This document shows, one piece after another, positions 9,322 through 18,698 of a stretch of DNA of 32,000 nucleotides. Both the position numbers and the translations under genes were made by a program. Position 1 is the stretch's first letter; each line of letters begins with the position of its first letter. The notes under the pieces were generated by a model, which was not told where the DNA came from, did no database searches, and worked only from the letters and a program-made list of their open reading frames with translations. Source of the DNA: an uncultured archaeon. GTDB taxonomy: Archaea; Asgardarchaeota; Lokiarchaeia; Sigyniarchaeales; Promethearchaeaceae. Location of the stretch: the NCBI GenBank assembly GCA_964426185.1, contig CAYRPF010000031.1, positions 1 to 32,000 on the forward strand. The letters are read 5' to 3'.

Positions 9322-9723
9322 TTGTTCTTGCATAACGCAAATTTATTTAAAGCAGAAGATTTAATCCAAGCCAGAGAATCGCTTAATCGAGTCTCATTAT
9401 TGAAAGAACAACGCATGATTGTTGATAATTTAGTTAGAGTTGCTTTGAAGTATATAGATATTGATGAATTGGCATTACGGGGATTTTTTCTGATGGCAAT
9501 ACAAGTATGGCAAAAAAAACGGATGATTCCCATTCGAGAAATTCGAACAATGATACCAGCTGCCCGAGAAAAATACGTAAGTGAAATGTTTGATGAATTA
9601 GAACGCATTTTACAAAAAATTTTAAAAGATAAATCCAATATTCCATTAATAAAACGAGCGGTAGAAGAATCCCGCCAGCATTATATCAAGCACTACGCTT
9701 CTCGCCCAATTCCTACCCAATAA
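9322..9723 (+). CDS. Hypothetical alpha-helical protein
   Basis: 133-aa ORF with a TTG start after AGGGGAG; co-oriented with its neighbours. Confidence 0.7.
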   Translation: MFLHNANLFKAEDLIQARESLNRVSLLKEQRMIVDNLVRVALKYIDIDELALRGFFLMAIQVWQKKRMIPIREIRTMIPAAREKYVSEMFDELERILQKILKDKSNIPLIKRAVEESRQHYIKHYASRPIPTQ

Positions 9724-9773
9724 ATGCTATAGATTTACCATAGATTCAAATGGAATTGCGGTTTTTTCTATTT

Positions 9774-10688
9774 ATGACTACCTTAAAATACTTTATAGTC
9801 GACGTTTTTGCGCAAAAAAAATTTACTGGTAATCCAGTTGCCGTTGTAGAAGTAGAAAAACCATTAGATGAATCTCTGATGTTAAAAATTGCACAAGAAA
9901 TGAATTTCCGTGAAACAAGTTTTGTGTCAACTGAACCAAATGAAGCGGGACATTACAAATTACGAATTTTCACCCCAAAAAAAGAAGTTGCTTTCTCAGG
10001 TCATCCAACCTTAGGAACAGCTTATGTAATCAAACATTATTTATCGTACAACAAAGAAAACAACATCTCACTCCAGCTAAAATCAGGAATCACCTCGGTT
10101 CAATGTATAACTGTAAAAAAAAATGGCTCTGATTTTATTTCAAAGAAGAAATCTATATTATTATCAGATCAAAAACAACCCGAATTTGGACACATATTTG
10201 AACCGGTATTACTATCAAGAGTATTGGGGATTGAGCCAGCTGATATTGATTCTGAATATCCAATTCAAGAAGTCTTCAGTGGCCTCGGATTTATTATCGT
10301 TCCAATTAAAACGTTGAAAAAATTAAAAGAAATTAAGATCAACAGCGAGCGGTATAACTGGTTGGTTCAAAAAACTAAAGCCAAAGTTATTCAGGCTTTT
10401 TGCCATGAAACTGAAAATCCAGAACATAATATTCATACACGTGTGTTTGCGGATTATTATAAAATTCCAGAGGATGCTGCTTCGGGAAGTGGCGCAGGTT
10501 GTTTGGCTGCATATGTGGTCAAATACGACTATTTCAATCAATCAAACATCGAATTACTGGTGGAACAAGGTTATGAAATCGGGCGGCCTTCCTTAATTAT
10601 TGCGAAAGCGAGTTTAAAAGACGATAGTTTGGATGTGAATATCGGAGGTCGGGTTATTCTTTCCGCCAAAGGTGAAATAATCATCTAA
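9774..10688 (+). CDS. PhzF family isomerase/epimerase
   Basis: Motifs VDVFA...GNPVAV, EMNFRETSF, RIFTP..E..F.GHPTLG, EDAASGS and EQG.EIGRPS. Start at 9774 (9750 is possible). Confidence 0.93.
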   Translation: MTTLKYFIVDVFAQKKFTGNPVAVVEVEKPLDESLMLKIAQEMNFRETSFVSTEPNEAGHYKLRIFTPKKEVAFSGHPTLGTAYVIKHYLSYNKENNISLQLKSGITSVQCITVKKNGSDFISKKKSILLSDQKQPEFGHIFEPVLLSRVLGIEPADIDSEYPIQEVFSGLGFIIVPIKTLKKLKEIKINSERYNWLVQKTKAKVIQAFCHETENPEHNIHTRVFADYYKIPEDAASGSGAGCLAAYVVKYDYFNQSNIELLVEQGYEIGRPSLIIAKASLKDDSLDVNIGGRVILSAKGEIII

Positions 10689-10705
10689 TTATACAATAAT
10701 GGATA

Positions 10706-11266
10706 GTGATAAATGTGATAATTCCTTCTCCAAAATCATGTAAAGTTCCAAAAATCTCTAAAGATGCTTTTATCGCTCCCACCGCTACAATTATTGGTGA
10801 TGTAACTATTGAAGCGGGTGCAAACATATGGTATGGTGCAGTGCTACGAGGTGATATTTGCAATATTCACATAGGTAAAAACACCTCAATTCAAGATAAC
10901 GCCGTGCTGCATTCCGACTATGATACAGAATGTTGGGTAGGTGACAACATCATCGTAGGGCATAAAGCTACCGTGCATGGTCCTTGTAGAGTAGGTAATA
11001 ACTGCATGATCGGTATTGATTCTGTGGTTTTACAAGGCACGACCATCGGCGAAGGAACAATTGTTGCCGCGGGCGCCGTAGCTCGAAAACAGATCCCCGG
11101 TTTATCTTTAGTTGCTGGAGTTCCTGCCAAAAAAATCCGGGACATGCCACCAGATTTTCCCGAAACTGCCAAAAAAGATGCACTTCATTATGTTAAAACC
11201 GCCAGAAAATACATTGAACAAGGTTTTAATCACCCCGGCGTGGAAAAATATTGGTATGATGGATAA
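10706..11266 (+). CDS. Gamma-class carbonic anhydrase family protein (YrdA/CaiE/PaaY-like)
   Basis: Hexapeptide repeats; IWYGAVLRGD, IQDNAVLH and VGHKATVHG supply three His ligands. Confidence 0.92.
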   Translation: MINVIIPSPKSCKVPKISKDAFIAPTATIIGDVTIEAGANIWYGAVLRGDICNIHIGKNTSIQDNAVLHSDYDTECWVGDNIIVGHKATVHGPCRVGNNCMIGIDSVVLQGTTIGEGTIVAAGAVARKQIPGLSLVAGVPAKKIRDMPPDFPETAKKDALHYVKTARKYIEQGFNHPGVEKYWYDG

Positions 11267-11324
11267 TTTTGTGGTATTTGTTGAAGTTGGAAAGATTTTC
11301 TCATTTTTTATCTAAGTTTTTTAC

Positions 11325-12383
11325 TCAATTTTTGGTTGATTGAGCAACTTGAATCAGAATTTTCCCAAAATGAGTTCCTTCCTCGAGTTTTTGTTCTGCT
11401 TCTCTTAATTGCTCCAAGGGAAAGATGGAATCAATTTGGGGAATTAATTTTTCATCAAAAATAAGCTGCATTACTTGGCGAAATTCTTGATTATTGCTCA
11501 TAGTAGAGCCAATTAATGAAATTTGCTTCCAAAATAGATTCCTAATGTCAATTTCTACTTTAGGGCCGGTGGTAGCTCCGCAAGTTACCAATTTTCCTCC
11601 TTTATTCAAAAGTTTCACGCTTGTATTAAAAGTAGCTTTTCCTACACTATCGACTGCAATATCAATCCCTTGTTTATGAGTGATTTCTTTGTAAATATAT
11701 TTACGATAATCTGGCGTTTCTTGGTAGTTTATCACAAAATCTGCTCCAATTTTCTTCACTTTTGCAACTTTTTCTGCAGAGCTAGTGGTGGCGATAACCT
11801 TGGCACCAAATATTTTGGCGATTTGAATTGCGGCAATGCTTACTCCCCCGCTGGCACCTTGAACCAATACGAAATCATTGGGTTGTACTTGAGCCTTTGA
11901 TACCAACATTCGCCAAGCAGTTAAAAAAGTGAGAGGGGCGGCCGCTGCTTTTTCAAAGGATATATTATCTGGAATTTTCATAACATTCTGCTCCGGTATG
12001 CAAAAGAATTCCGCAAAAGTGCCATTGACATGTTCTCCTTTAATTACAAAGTGATTACAAAGACTTTGCTGCCCGTTCAAGCAGTATTCGCATTGTCCAC
12101 ATCCAATTCCTGGATTAATCAACACCCTATTTCCAATTTGAAGATTGTCAACATTACTTCCAATTTTCACAACTACCCCTGCTCCATCACTCCCCATGAC
12201 ATGGGGTAATTTTAAGGCTAAACCCGGCCAACCTCTTAAAACAAAGAGATCTAAATGGTTAACGGCAGCATATTCCGTCTTAATTAAGATTTCATGAGAA
12301 CTTGGTGCAGGACTGGGTAGTTCTCCGATCTTAATTTGAGACAGGTCACCATGTTGAGCAAAGTATCCAGCATTCATTTTCAT
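11325..12383 (-). CDS. Zn-dependent medium-chain dehydrogenase / quinone oxidoreductase
   Basis: Motifs NHLD, GSDGAG, structural Zn site CGQCEYC-x7-C, GASGGV and CGATTG. Confidence 0.92.
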   Translation of the reverse strand: MKMNAGYFAQHGDLSQIKIGELPSPAPSSHEILIKTEYAAVNHLDLFVLRGWPGLALKLPHVMGSDGAGVVVKIGSNVDNLQIGNRVLINPGIGCGQCEYCLNGQQSLCNHFVIKGEHVNGTFAEFFCIPEQNVMKIPDNISFEKAAAAPLTFLTAWRMLVSKAQVQPNDFVLVQGASGGVSIAAIQIAKIFGAKVIATTSSAEKVAKVKKIGADFVINYQETPDYRKYIYKEITHKQGIDIAVDSVGKATFNTSVKLLNKGGKLVTCGATTGPKVEIDIRNLFWKQISLIGSTMSNNQEFRQVMQLIFDEKLIPQIDSIFPLEQLREAEQKLEEGTHFGKILIQVAQSTKN

Positions 12384-12534
12384 AAATTCAAATTGGGAGT
12401 AAAATATAAAAACACGATGTTTTTGTGGCGCTAACGAGATTCTTATTTCCTTTTTATTTATTAGGTAGTTGAAGCAAAATTTTTTGAACGCGTATTTTTT
12501 AGTTTAGATTACATATCGTTTGGAGCGTTAGGGA

Positions 12535-13107
12535 GTGAAAAGTTCAATATTCAAGATAGGAATACTGGGTGATGGTGGTGCGGGTAAAACTTCTTTACTT
12601 CGAGCCAGAAAAGATCGAGATTTCATAGAAGAGAGCAAAATCACAATTGGAGTTGATGTTGCCGTAATTCCATTTGAATTAACTCAAATTGATAAGCAAA
12701 ATCCTACTTTTTTAGCTTTTGATCTCGGAGGACAAGAGCGTTTCCAATTTGTTCACGATTCATATTTGATAGGAGTTAAAGCTGCTATAATAGTGTATGA
12801 TCTTACACGCTATCCTTCATTTTTATCTATCCCAAAATGGTACAATTTAATTTATCATGAAAATCCTATGATACCTGTTTTTGTTGTAGGGACAAAGAAA
12901 GATTTGGCAGATGAAGGAATAATAAAAAAAAGTGAAGAGAATTTCGAAGATTTAAGAAAAAATTTGCCGAACTCCCGTAATATTATTGCTCATTTCTGTA
13001 TCTCCGCAAAAACCGGAGAAGGTGTTGACGAACTTTTTACTAAATGCGAAGAAACAATTCAATATTATTATTCTCTCGAAGATACAATCAATGTTCAAGT
13101 TGAGTAA
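12535..13107 (+). CDS. Rab-like small GTPase (Ras superfamily; eukaryotic signature protein)
   Basis: G1 GDGGAGKT, G2 TIGVD, G3 DLGGQERF, IVYDLT, G4 TKKD, G5 SAKTG. Confidence 0.93.
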   Translation: MKSSIFKIGILGDGGAGKTSLLRARKDRDFIEESKITIGVDVAVIPFELTQIDKQNPTFLAFDLGGQERFQFVHDSYLIGVKAAIIVYDLTRYPSFLSIPKWYNLIYHENPMIPVFVVGTKKDLADEGIIKKSEENFEDLRKNLPNSRNIIAHFCISAKTGEGVDELFTKCEETIQYYYSLEDTINVQVE

Positions 13108-13119
13108 TTCTATTCAATA

Positions 13120-13596
13120 CTAAGCGACAGCTTGTTGTTTCTGTTGACTAACCCCTTGTTCACCAATAGGGAGCCAAAAATTACAAATCTCACATTTTTC
13201 GACTGAAACCAATCTGTTAGGTCCGCATCGTATCCTATGGGTATGCATATCTCCTCCGCATCTGGGACAGATGGTATTATGTGGAACAAACATTTCGGTT
13301 TTTACATGCATTTTGGCCGGCAATTTAGTTGTTGATTTATCGATCGATTTGGTTCTCGATTTATCTGCCGGAATTTGGGCTTTTACGGCGGTTTTTTTAG
13401 CTATTTTTGAAGATGGCATTAATTTTTTAGACAGATTAGAACGCTTCTGCGCTAAATTTTTCTTCTTTCGAGATTTTATCCATCTACCTCTACTATCTCT
13501 TGGGAGCGATTTCCAATGCTCAGATTTTTTAGAATTTATCCGAGTGGTTTTACGGGCAGTTGTGGTTTTACGGGCTCCCATCTTTGTTTTCTCCAT
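13120..13596 (-). CDS. Lys/Arg-rich protein with C-terminal zinc ribbon
   Basis: Very basic N-terminal 100 aa with ARKTT twice and a PRDSRGRW motif; CPRC...CEIC at the C-terminus. Alternative start at 13581. Confidence 0.75.
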   Translation of the reverse strand: MEKTKMGARKTTTARKTTRINSKKSEHWKSLPRDSRGRWIKSRKKKNLAQKRSNLSKKLMPSSKIAKKTAVKAQIPADKSRTKSIDKSTTKLPAKMHVKTEMFVPHNTICPRCGGDMHTHRIRCGPNRLVSVEKCEICNFWLPIGEQGVSQQKQQAVA

Positions 13597-13694
13597 AGTT
13601 GATGGTGTTCACAATTTATTCTTCAATAATGTATTCTTTTTACTCCCTTAAAAAAAAATGGTAAGATCCTTTTTATTTTTTTTTTCAATGGAAA

Positions 13695-14921
13695 TTAACG
13701 AAAAAGAGAGTAAGAGGTGTAAAATACAAAAACAGATATAAGAGAAAATATTGCGGGCGGAAGTAACATTTTGAGACTTTTCCAATAATTAGAATCAAAA
13801 TATTTAATAGAATAAGCCAAACAAGGATGAAGAGGGGTTAACAGATATCCGGTAAAAATCGCCACATACAAGCTGACAAATTCTGCCATCGGCATGATAT
13901 TTACTTGAAACTGCACTAAATATATTGGTATTAATAACGAGAAGGGCATTTGGTTTCTTCCAGTTGCAATTCCCAAGAAAAATCCCAGAACCATTAACAA
14001 GAAAAATGACATTTGAAGGCTGCCGATTTGCATAGGAACGCCCGAAGCATTAAAAACGTTCAAAAAATAAAATATTGCCCCGATTAATAAAGGAAATCTC
14101 CAAATTTTCATTTTTCCCATGATCGTTGGAAGAAGCGACAGTTCAAATTTAGTATAACTATAAATGAGTAAGATACTAAGGATTAAACCGATTATGGTGA
14201 CAATTTCAGGATATTTCCAATTGAACACTAATCTACTAATAAGATCTAAAAGAGGAGCAAGCAGTAGAGGGATGAGATTTCGAGCAACCTTCTTAAAATC
14301 ACGAGTATGATTATTTACCTTTTCCTGAACTGGACGAATTAAAAACCAGTATCCCGCCGCGCCCATTACTAAGAAAGGAGGAATTAAAAAGAGAACAGTT
14401 CTATATTGGTTTAGACCCGCGATTTCGGTGCATATTAAGATAACTTGCGAAAGCGGATAAATAAATACCAGAAGATGGCGAAACCAAACATTGATCGCAA
14501 TTTTTTGCTCTGCTTTTAAAGAAGGATCGATTTGATCAACTAAAGGTGCCGACATCAAAGCCCCTCCAGCAACTGGAAGCAGACCAAATAGGGCGGGAGT
14601 CAGCATTAAGGCAATCTTATTTGAAATTTTCATTCTCTCAATTGTTTCCATCATTAAATTTGTCTGTTGCATCAATCCACCTAATAAAGGAATGAAAAAC
14701 ATGATTACTGCCAAGAGAATAACGGAAAAATCGAAAACTGTTGTTTGAAAAATTGACCATACATTAACTTGAGATAATAAGCCGAATACTGTAGTACCTA
14801 TAAAAAGAATCAAGCTGAGATCATATTTGGAGAATATCAAAATGAAAACTATAATTCCTATGAAGCTAATCCAAGCTGGAGGGTAAGGAAAATTGAATAG
14901 CACACGTAATTCAATTTGCAC
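13695..14921 (-). CDS. DUF401 (TIGR00529-like) membrane protein, ion-transporter superfamily
   Basis: Motifs PALFGLLPVAGGALMSAPLV, INVWFRH, IYPL and GYLLTPLHPCL. The start is uncertain (GTG at 14903 is possible). Confidence 0.85.
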   Translation of the reverse strand: MQIELRVLFNFPYPPAWISFIGIIVFILIFSKYDLSLILFIGTTVFGLLSQVNVWSIFQTTVFDFSVILLAVIMFFIPLLGGLMQQTNLMMETIERMKISNKIALMLTPALFGLLPVAGGALMSAPLVDQIDPSLKAEQKIAINVWFRHLLVFIYPLSQVILICTEIAGLNQYRTVLFLIPPFLVMGAAGYWFLIRPVQEKVNNHTRDFKKVARNLIPLLLAPLLDLISRLVFNWKYPEIVTIIGLILSILLIYSYTKFELSLLPTIMGKMKIWRFPLLIGAIFYFLNVFNASGVPMQIGSLQMSFFLLMVLGFFLGIATGRNQMPFSLLIPIYLVQFQVNIMPMAEFVSLYVAIFTGYLLTPLHPCLAYSIKYFDSNYWKSLKMLLPPAIFSLISVFVFYTSYSLFR

Positions 14922-14963
14922 TACTTTAAAAATGGGGGTTTTTTATTTCATTTAGATCAAAAA

Positions 14964-15668
14964 ATGCCTAAACTTACCGTTCTTTACGAAAATCACAAAA
15001 ACCCACAACAGCCGGATTTAACACCCGGCCATGGATTTAGTGCCTTCGTGGAATTTCAAGATTTACAAATACTTTTTGATACAGGCTGGGATGGGGATAC
15101 ACTGCTGAAAAATGCCCGTGCAGTAAATCTAAAAATCGAAGACTTGGATGCGTTGGTGATCTCACATCGACATTGGGATCATTCGGGTGGGATCATCCAA
15201 GTTCTTCAAAACTGGAACCCCAAACATATATATCTACCTTCGGATTACAGCCATATTCAACCCCGAGAATTCTTGCACTACGTACCAGAAGTCCAAGTTC
15301 ACCGCGTGAAAGAATCAACCCCACTGACAGAAATTTCCCTCAAGATATTCTCCACAGGAACCCTCAAATCGGAAATAAATATTGGAGAACAAGCTCTAAT
15401 CCTTCCATCAGAACGATTTTCTGGGAATTTAATGATTGTGGGATGTTTACACCCCGGACTTAAGGCATTTGTAAATCAAGCACAAAAATTCGGAAATGTT
15501 AAAGCATTCGTCGGGGGGATGCATGGATTTAAGGATCGAGATTATTTAGCGTCAACCACTATAAATTCTGTATTTGCAGGCCATTGCACCCAATATTATG
15601 AAGAATTGCAATCGATATCCCATATTGTATTTACTCCTCTTCAAGTTGGATTTCAGTTGGATTTCTAA
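14964..15668 (+). CDS. MBL-fold metallo-hydrolase (MJ0448/MJ0301-like family)
   Basis: Motifs HGFS, LFDTG, SHRHWDHSGG, EQAL, GCLHPG, GGMHG and GHCT. ATG at 14964. Confidence 0.9.
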   Translation: MPKLTVLYENHKNPQQPDLTPGHGFSAFVEFQDLQILFDTGWDGDTLLKNARAVNLKIEDLDALVISHRHWDHSGGIIQVLQNWNPKHIYLPSDYSHIQPREFLHYVPEVQVHRVKESTPLTEISLKIFSTGTLKSEINIGEQALILPSERFSGNLMIVGCLHPGLKAFVNQAQKFGNVKAFVGGMHGFKDRDYLASTTINSVFAGHCTQYYEELQSISHIVFTPLQVGFQLDF

Positions 15669-15742
15669 CCATTCCAAATAATTTTATACTTAACTGATAA
15701 ATAACTAATTAACACACTAATTATTAATAGGATTCAAATAAG

Positions 15743-15916
15743 ATGTCAAATCGAGTATTTAAGTGCCCCAAATGCAGTAATGAAGATCGTCGAAAGATTC
15801 AAGAAACCGAAGATAAATCTCAAAAACCTCTATATTATAGCATGCAAGGGAGTCCAGTTTATCCGAAGAAGCTCCATTGTGGAGTATGCGGATACGAATG
15901 GGCAAAAAATGGATAA
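15743..15916 (+). CDS. 57-aa zinc-ribbon microprotein (not in the ORF track)
   Basis: Own translation: MSNRVFKCPKCSNEDRRKIQETEDKSQKPLYYSMQGSPVYPKKLHCGVCGYEWAKNG*. It has two CxxC pairs and is followed by T-rich tracts. Confidence 0.85.
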   Translation: MSNRVFKCPKCSNEDRRKIQETEDKSQKPLYYSMQGSPVYPKKLHCGVCGYEWAKNG

Positions 15917-16044
15917 TCCCACTTTTTTTAATTCAAAGATTTTTTCATTATTTTATTCCTTTCATTTCTTCAATTTATTTCACTTATTTCTTGTATTTTC
16001 TATCGCAAAATTAATATCGTTAGGTTAAAGGATTAAAATATATC

Positions 16045-16542
16045 ATGCCGAAAATCTATCATCTTCGCAGAAAAGAAAAAAAAATTACTGAAAATTCTGA
16101 AATTGAAAAGATCTTCCTTGACCAAAAAGTATTTACTTTGGCAATGTGCAAAAACAATATTCCATATTTAGTAACAATGGATTACGTTTGGGATTCTTCC
16201 GAAAAGTGCTTTTATTTTCATTGTGCGGCAGCGGGAAAGAAAATAGATATTCTTAACTCGAATTCAAATATTTGGGGGCAGATAGTGGAAGATCTTGGTT
16301 ATATTCCAGGAGAATGTGATCATGCTTATCGTTCTGTGCATTTTGAAGGAAAAGTTGAATTTATTGATGAAATTGCAATTAAAAGAAAAGCTTTAGAATT
16401 GATGATTAAGAAATTTGAAAATGATCCTCAACCACTGTATGAACGCTTTCTTCAAGAAAAATCTCTAAAATCGGTAAAAATCGGAAAAATTTCACCAAAA
16501 TATCTAACGGGAAAGAAATATCAAAAAACATCACCCAAATAA
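16045..16542 (+). CDS. Pyridoxamine 5'-phosphate oxidase-like flavin-binding protein (NimA-like)
   Basis: Motifs LRRKEK, PYLV.M.Y, YFHCA..GKK and YRSV.FEG. Confidence 0.9.
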   Translation: MPKIYHLRRKEKKITENSEIEKIFLDQKVFTLAMCKNNIPYLVTMDYVWDSSEKCFYFHCAAAGKKIDILNSNSNIWGQIVEDLGYIPGECDHAYRSVHFEGKVEFIDEIAIKRKALELMIKKFENDPQPLYERFLQEKSLKSVKIGKISPKYLTGKKYQKTSPK

Positions 16543-16595
16543 TTCCTAAAAGTAATAAATTTAGCCACCTATTATAAAAACGAGTGTTAGTGAAA

Positions 16596-17501
16596 ATGTT
16601 AAAGCTTAAGGAGATAGTTCCAAATTTTTTCTTGGTGCAAGGCCACAAAAATGGAAGATTTCCATTTTCCCATTCGATCTTACTTTTAAATGATAAAAAA
16701 CACACGATGCTAATAGATACCGGCTGCGGCTTAGATTTTCTGCAAGATTTAATCCATAGATACCAAATTAAGCGGGTAATTAATTCGCACACTCATCCAG
16801 ATCATACCGCGGGAAATTATCTATTCAATCGGAAAAATATACCAATTGTCGTTCCAACTGAAGCACTTCAAAGTGCAGGAAATTTAAATCTGTTAGCACA
16901 GCGCTTTGCAAGCCCCAGACTTCTTCAACGAGAATGGATTCACTTTGTCACATCTAACATGGGAATAAATCCTTATATAGTGAACCAAACGTATAATAAG
17001 GAGACAAATTTTGAATTTGGAGATTTTTCTATCCAACCAATTTATGCTCCCGGGCATACTGTCGACCACTACTGCTTTTTCGAGAAAAATTATAAGATAT
17101 TAATCAGTTCTGATTACGATTTAACTCGGTTTGGACCTTGGTACGGCCATCTTGAATCAAGCATCGATCAAACACTTTCATCCTTAGAAAAAATAAAACT
17201 CTTTCATCCAGAAATATTTGTTTCCAGCCACTTGGGTATAGTTCAGGAAAATATAGAGTCTAAAATTGATCAGTTCGCAGAAGTAATAAACTCTCGTGAT
17301 AAAAAGCTCTTGAAATTAATTGAAAAAACTTCGATTACTGAAGCAGATTTGGTGAAACAGAAGCCTTTTTATCAAACATATCCTTATGCGCCCAATTTGA
17401 TGCAATATTGGGAATCTCAAATGATTACTAAGCACATAAAAAGATTAATTGTTAACAATAAAATAGAAAGGGATCCAAACGGGCTTCTTTCTTTAAAATA
17501 A
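16596..17501 (+). CDS. MBL-fold metallo-hydrolase with C-terminal wHTH-like tail
   Basis: Motifs LIDTG, SHTHPDH, PGHTVDH, FGPWYG and SSH. Confidence 0.88.
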   Translation: MLKLKEIVPNFFLVQGHKNGRFPFSHSILLLNDKKHTMLIDTGCGLDFLQDLIHRYQIKRVINSHTHPDHTAGNYLFNRKNIPIVVPTEALQSAGNLNLLAQRFASPRLLQREWIHFVTSNMGINPYIVNQTYNKETNFEFGDFSIQPIYAPGHTVDHYCFFEKNYKILISSDYDLTRFGPWYGHLESSIDQTLSSLEKIKLFHPEIFVSSHLGIVQENIESKIDQFAEVINSRDKKLLKLIEKTSITEADLVKQKPFYQTYPYAPNLMQYWESQMITKHIKRLIVNNKIERDPNGLLSLK

Positions 17502-17505
17502 ATGC

Positions 17506-18579
17506 TTAAGAATCTTTTAAATAATATTGGATCAGCTCTTCAGGAGAAAATACTCCATCCTCAGTTATTACCGCTGTCACCAATTCCATTGGAGTTGCAT
17601 CAAAAGCATAATCAATGCAGTGGACTCCTTTTGGTGTGATCGACTCTTGTGCAAACCCCATTACTTGTGCTACCTCAAACTGCCCATCTCGCTGCTCGAT
17701 TTCCACATCCTTTTCTCTCTGTTCTAAGGCTAAAGTGCTGGTGGGAGCTGCCACGTAAAAGGGAATTGAATGATATTGGGCGGCAAGTGCCAGCATAAAT
17801 GTGCCAATTTTATTAAAAACTGCATCCTTAACGATCCGATCGGCCCCAACAATCACTTTATCAATCTTTCCCAACCTCATCATCAAGCCTGCAGTGTTAT
17901 CAGATTGAACTTTAACTGGAATTTGATCATATTGGAGTTCCCATGCGGTTAATCGCGCCCCTTGTAATCGCGGGCGTGTTTCATCGGCTATTACTTGAAT
18001 TGTTTTTTTTTCTTCTTGAACCGCCCACCGAATTGGAGCTAAGGCGGTCCCATATTTAACTGTGGCCAGAGAACCGGCATTACAATGAGTAAGGACAGTA
18101 TCATTATCTTTCAACAAGATGGCTCCATGTTTTCCTATGGCGCGATTTCGTTTAATATCTTCTTGCCACATTTCTTGCGCTTCGTGGAGCATAAGTTGAT
18201 AGATTTCTTCTTTTTTTAATGAATTATTTTCATTGGAAGAAATGGTTGGATTTGAGAGAATACTTAGCATTCTATCTACTGCCCAAAAAAGATTTACCGC
18301 TGTAGGTCGAGTGGCTCGAAGCAATTCTGCAGCTTGCTTTAATGAATCTGTAAATTTGTCTAAATTAAAATTATGCCCTTCTTTTGCGGCCAAGACCATC
18401 CCAAATGCAGCCGCAACTCCAATTGCAGGGGCACCTCGGATATTCATAGTTTTAATAGCTTGCGCCATTTCAGAAACGGTTGAAATCGTTAAGAATTCCA
18501 ATTTATGGGGAAGTTTGGTTTGATCAATCATTTTTACAGTCTGAGAAGAGTTTTCCCATTCAAGCGATGGCATCACCAT
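17506..18579 (-). CDS. mtnA: S-methyl-5-thioribose-1-phosphate isomerase
   Basis: Motifs DQTKLP, IRGAPAIG, RPTAVNL, THCNAGSLAT, ETRP.LQGARLTAWEL, VGADRI and NKIGT. Confidence 0.93.
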   Translation of the reverse strand: MVMPSLEWENSSQTVKMIDQTKLPHKLEFLTISTVSEMAQAIKTMNIRGAPAIGVAAAFGMVLAAKEGHNFNLDKFTDSLKQAAELLRATRPTAVNLFWAVDRMLSILSNPTISSNENNSLKKEEIYQLMLHEAQEMWQEDIKRNRAIGKHGAILLKDNDTVLTHCNAGSLATVKYGTALAPIRWAVQEEKKTIQVIADETRPRLQGARLTAWELQYDQIPVKVQSDNTAGLMMRLGKIDKVIVGADRIVKDAVFNKIGTFMLALAAQYHSIPFYVAAPTSTLALEQREKDVEIEQRDGQFEVAQVMGFAQESITPKGVHCIDYAFDATPMELVTAVITEDGVFSPEELIQYYLKDS

Positions 18580-18698
18580 ACGATGTAATTACCGACACAG
18601 TTGAAAAATTTTTTTAACTCGCTCAAAATGATAGATTTTGGAATGTTAGAAAGAATAATAAAAATGAAGAAGAAAAAATAAGAAAAGTCTCAAAAGAA

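Noticed and set aside
9303-9646. Minus-strand ORFs of 111 and 70 aa
   Set aside because: Antisense to 9322-9723, which has an RBS and matches the local gene orientation.
13271-13651. 126-aa hydrophobic plus-strand ORF
   Set aside because: Antisense to the Lys-rich gene; reversed Lys codons produce the Phe/Leu-rich pattern. The minus-strand product has a CxxC ribbon.
15780-16028. 82-aa ORF in the track
   Set aside because: It is an off-frame shadow of the Zn-ribbon gene 15743-15916, and its Phe-rich tail is just the T-rich terminator region.
16406-16792. 128-aa minus-strand ORF
   Set aside because: Overlaps two well-supported plus-strand genes.
17506-18579. eIF2B subunit or ribose-1,5-bisphosphate isomerase
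   Set aside because: The N-terminal DQTKLP, HCNAGSLAT and LQGARLTAWEL motifs are MtnA-type.
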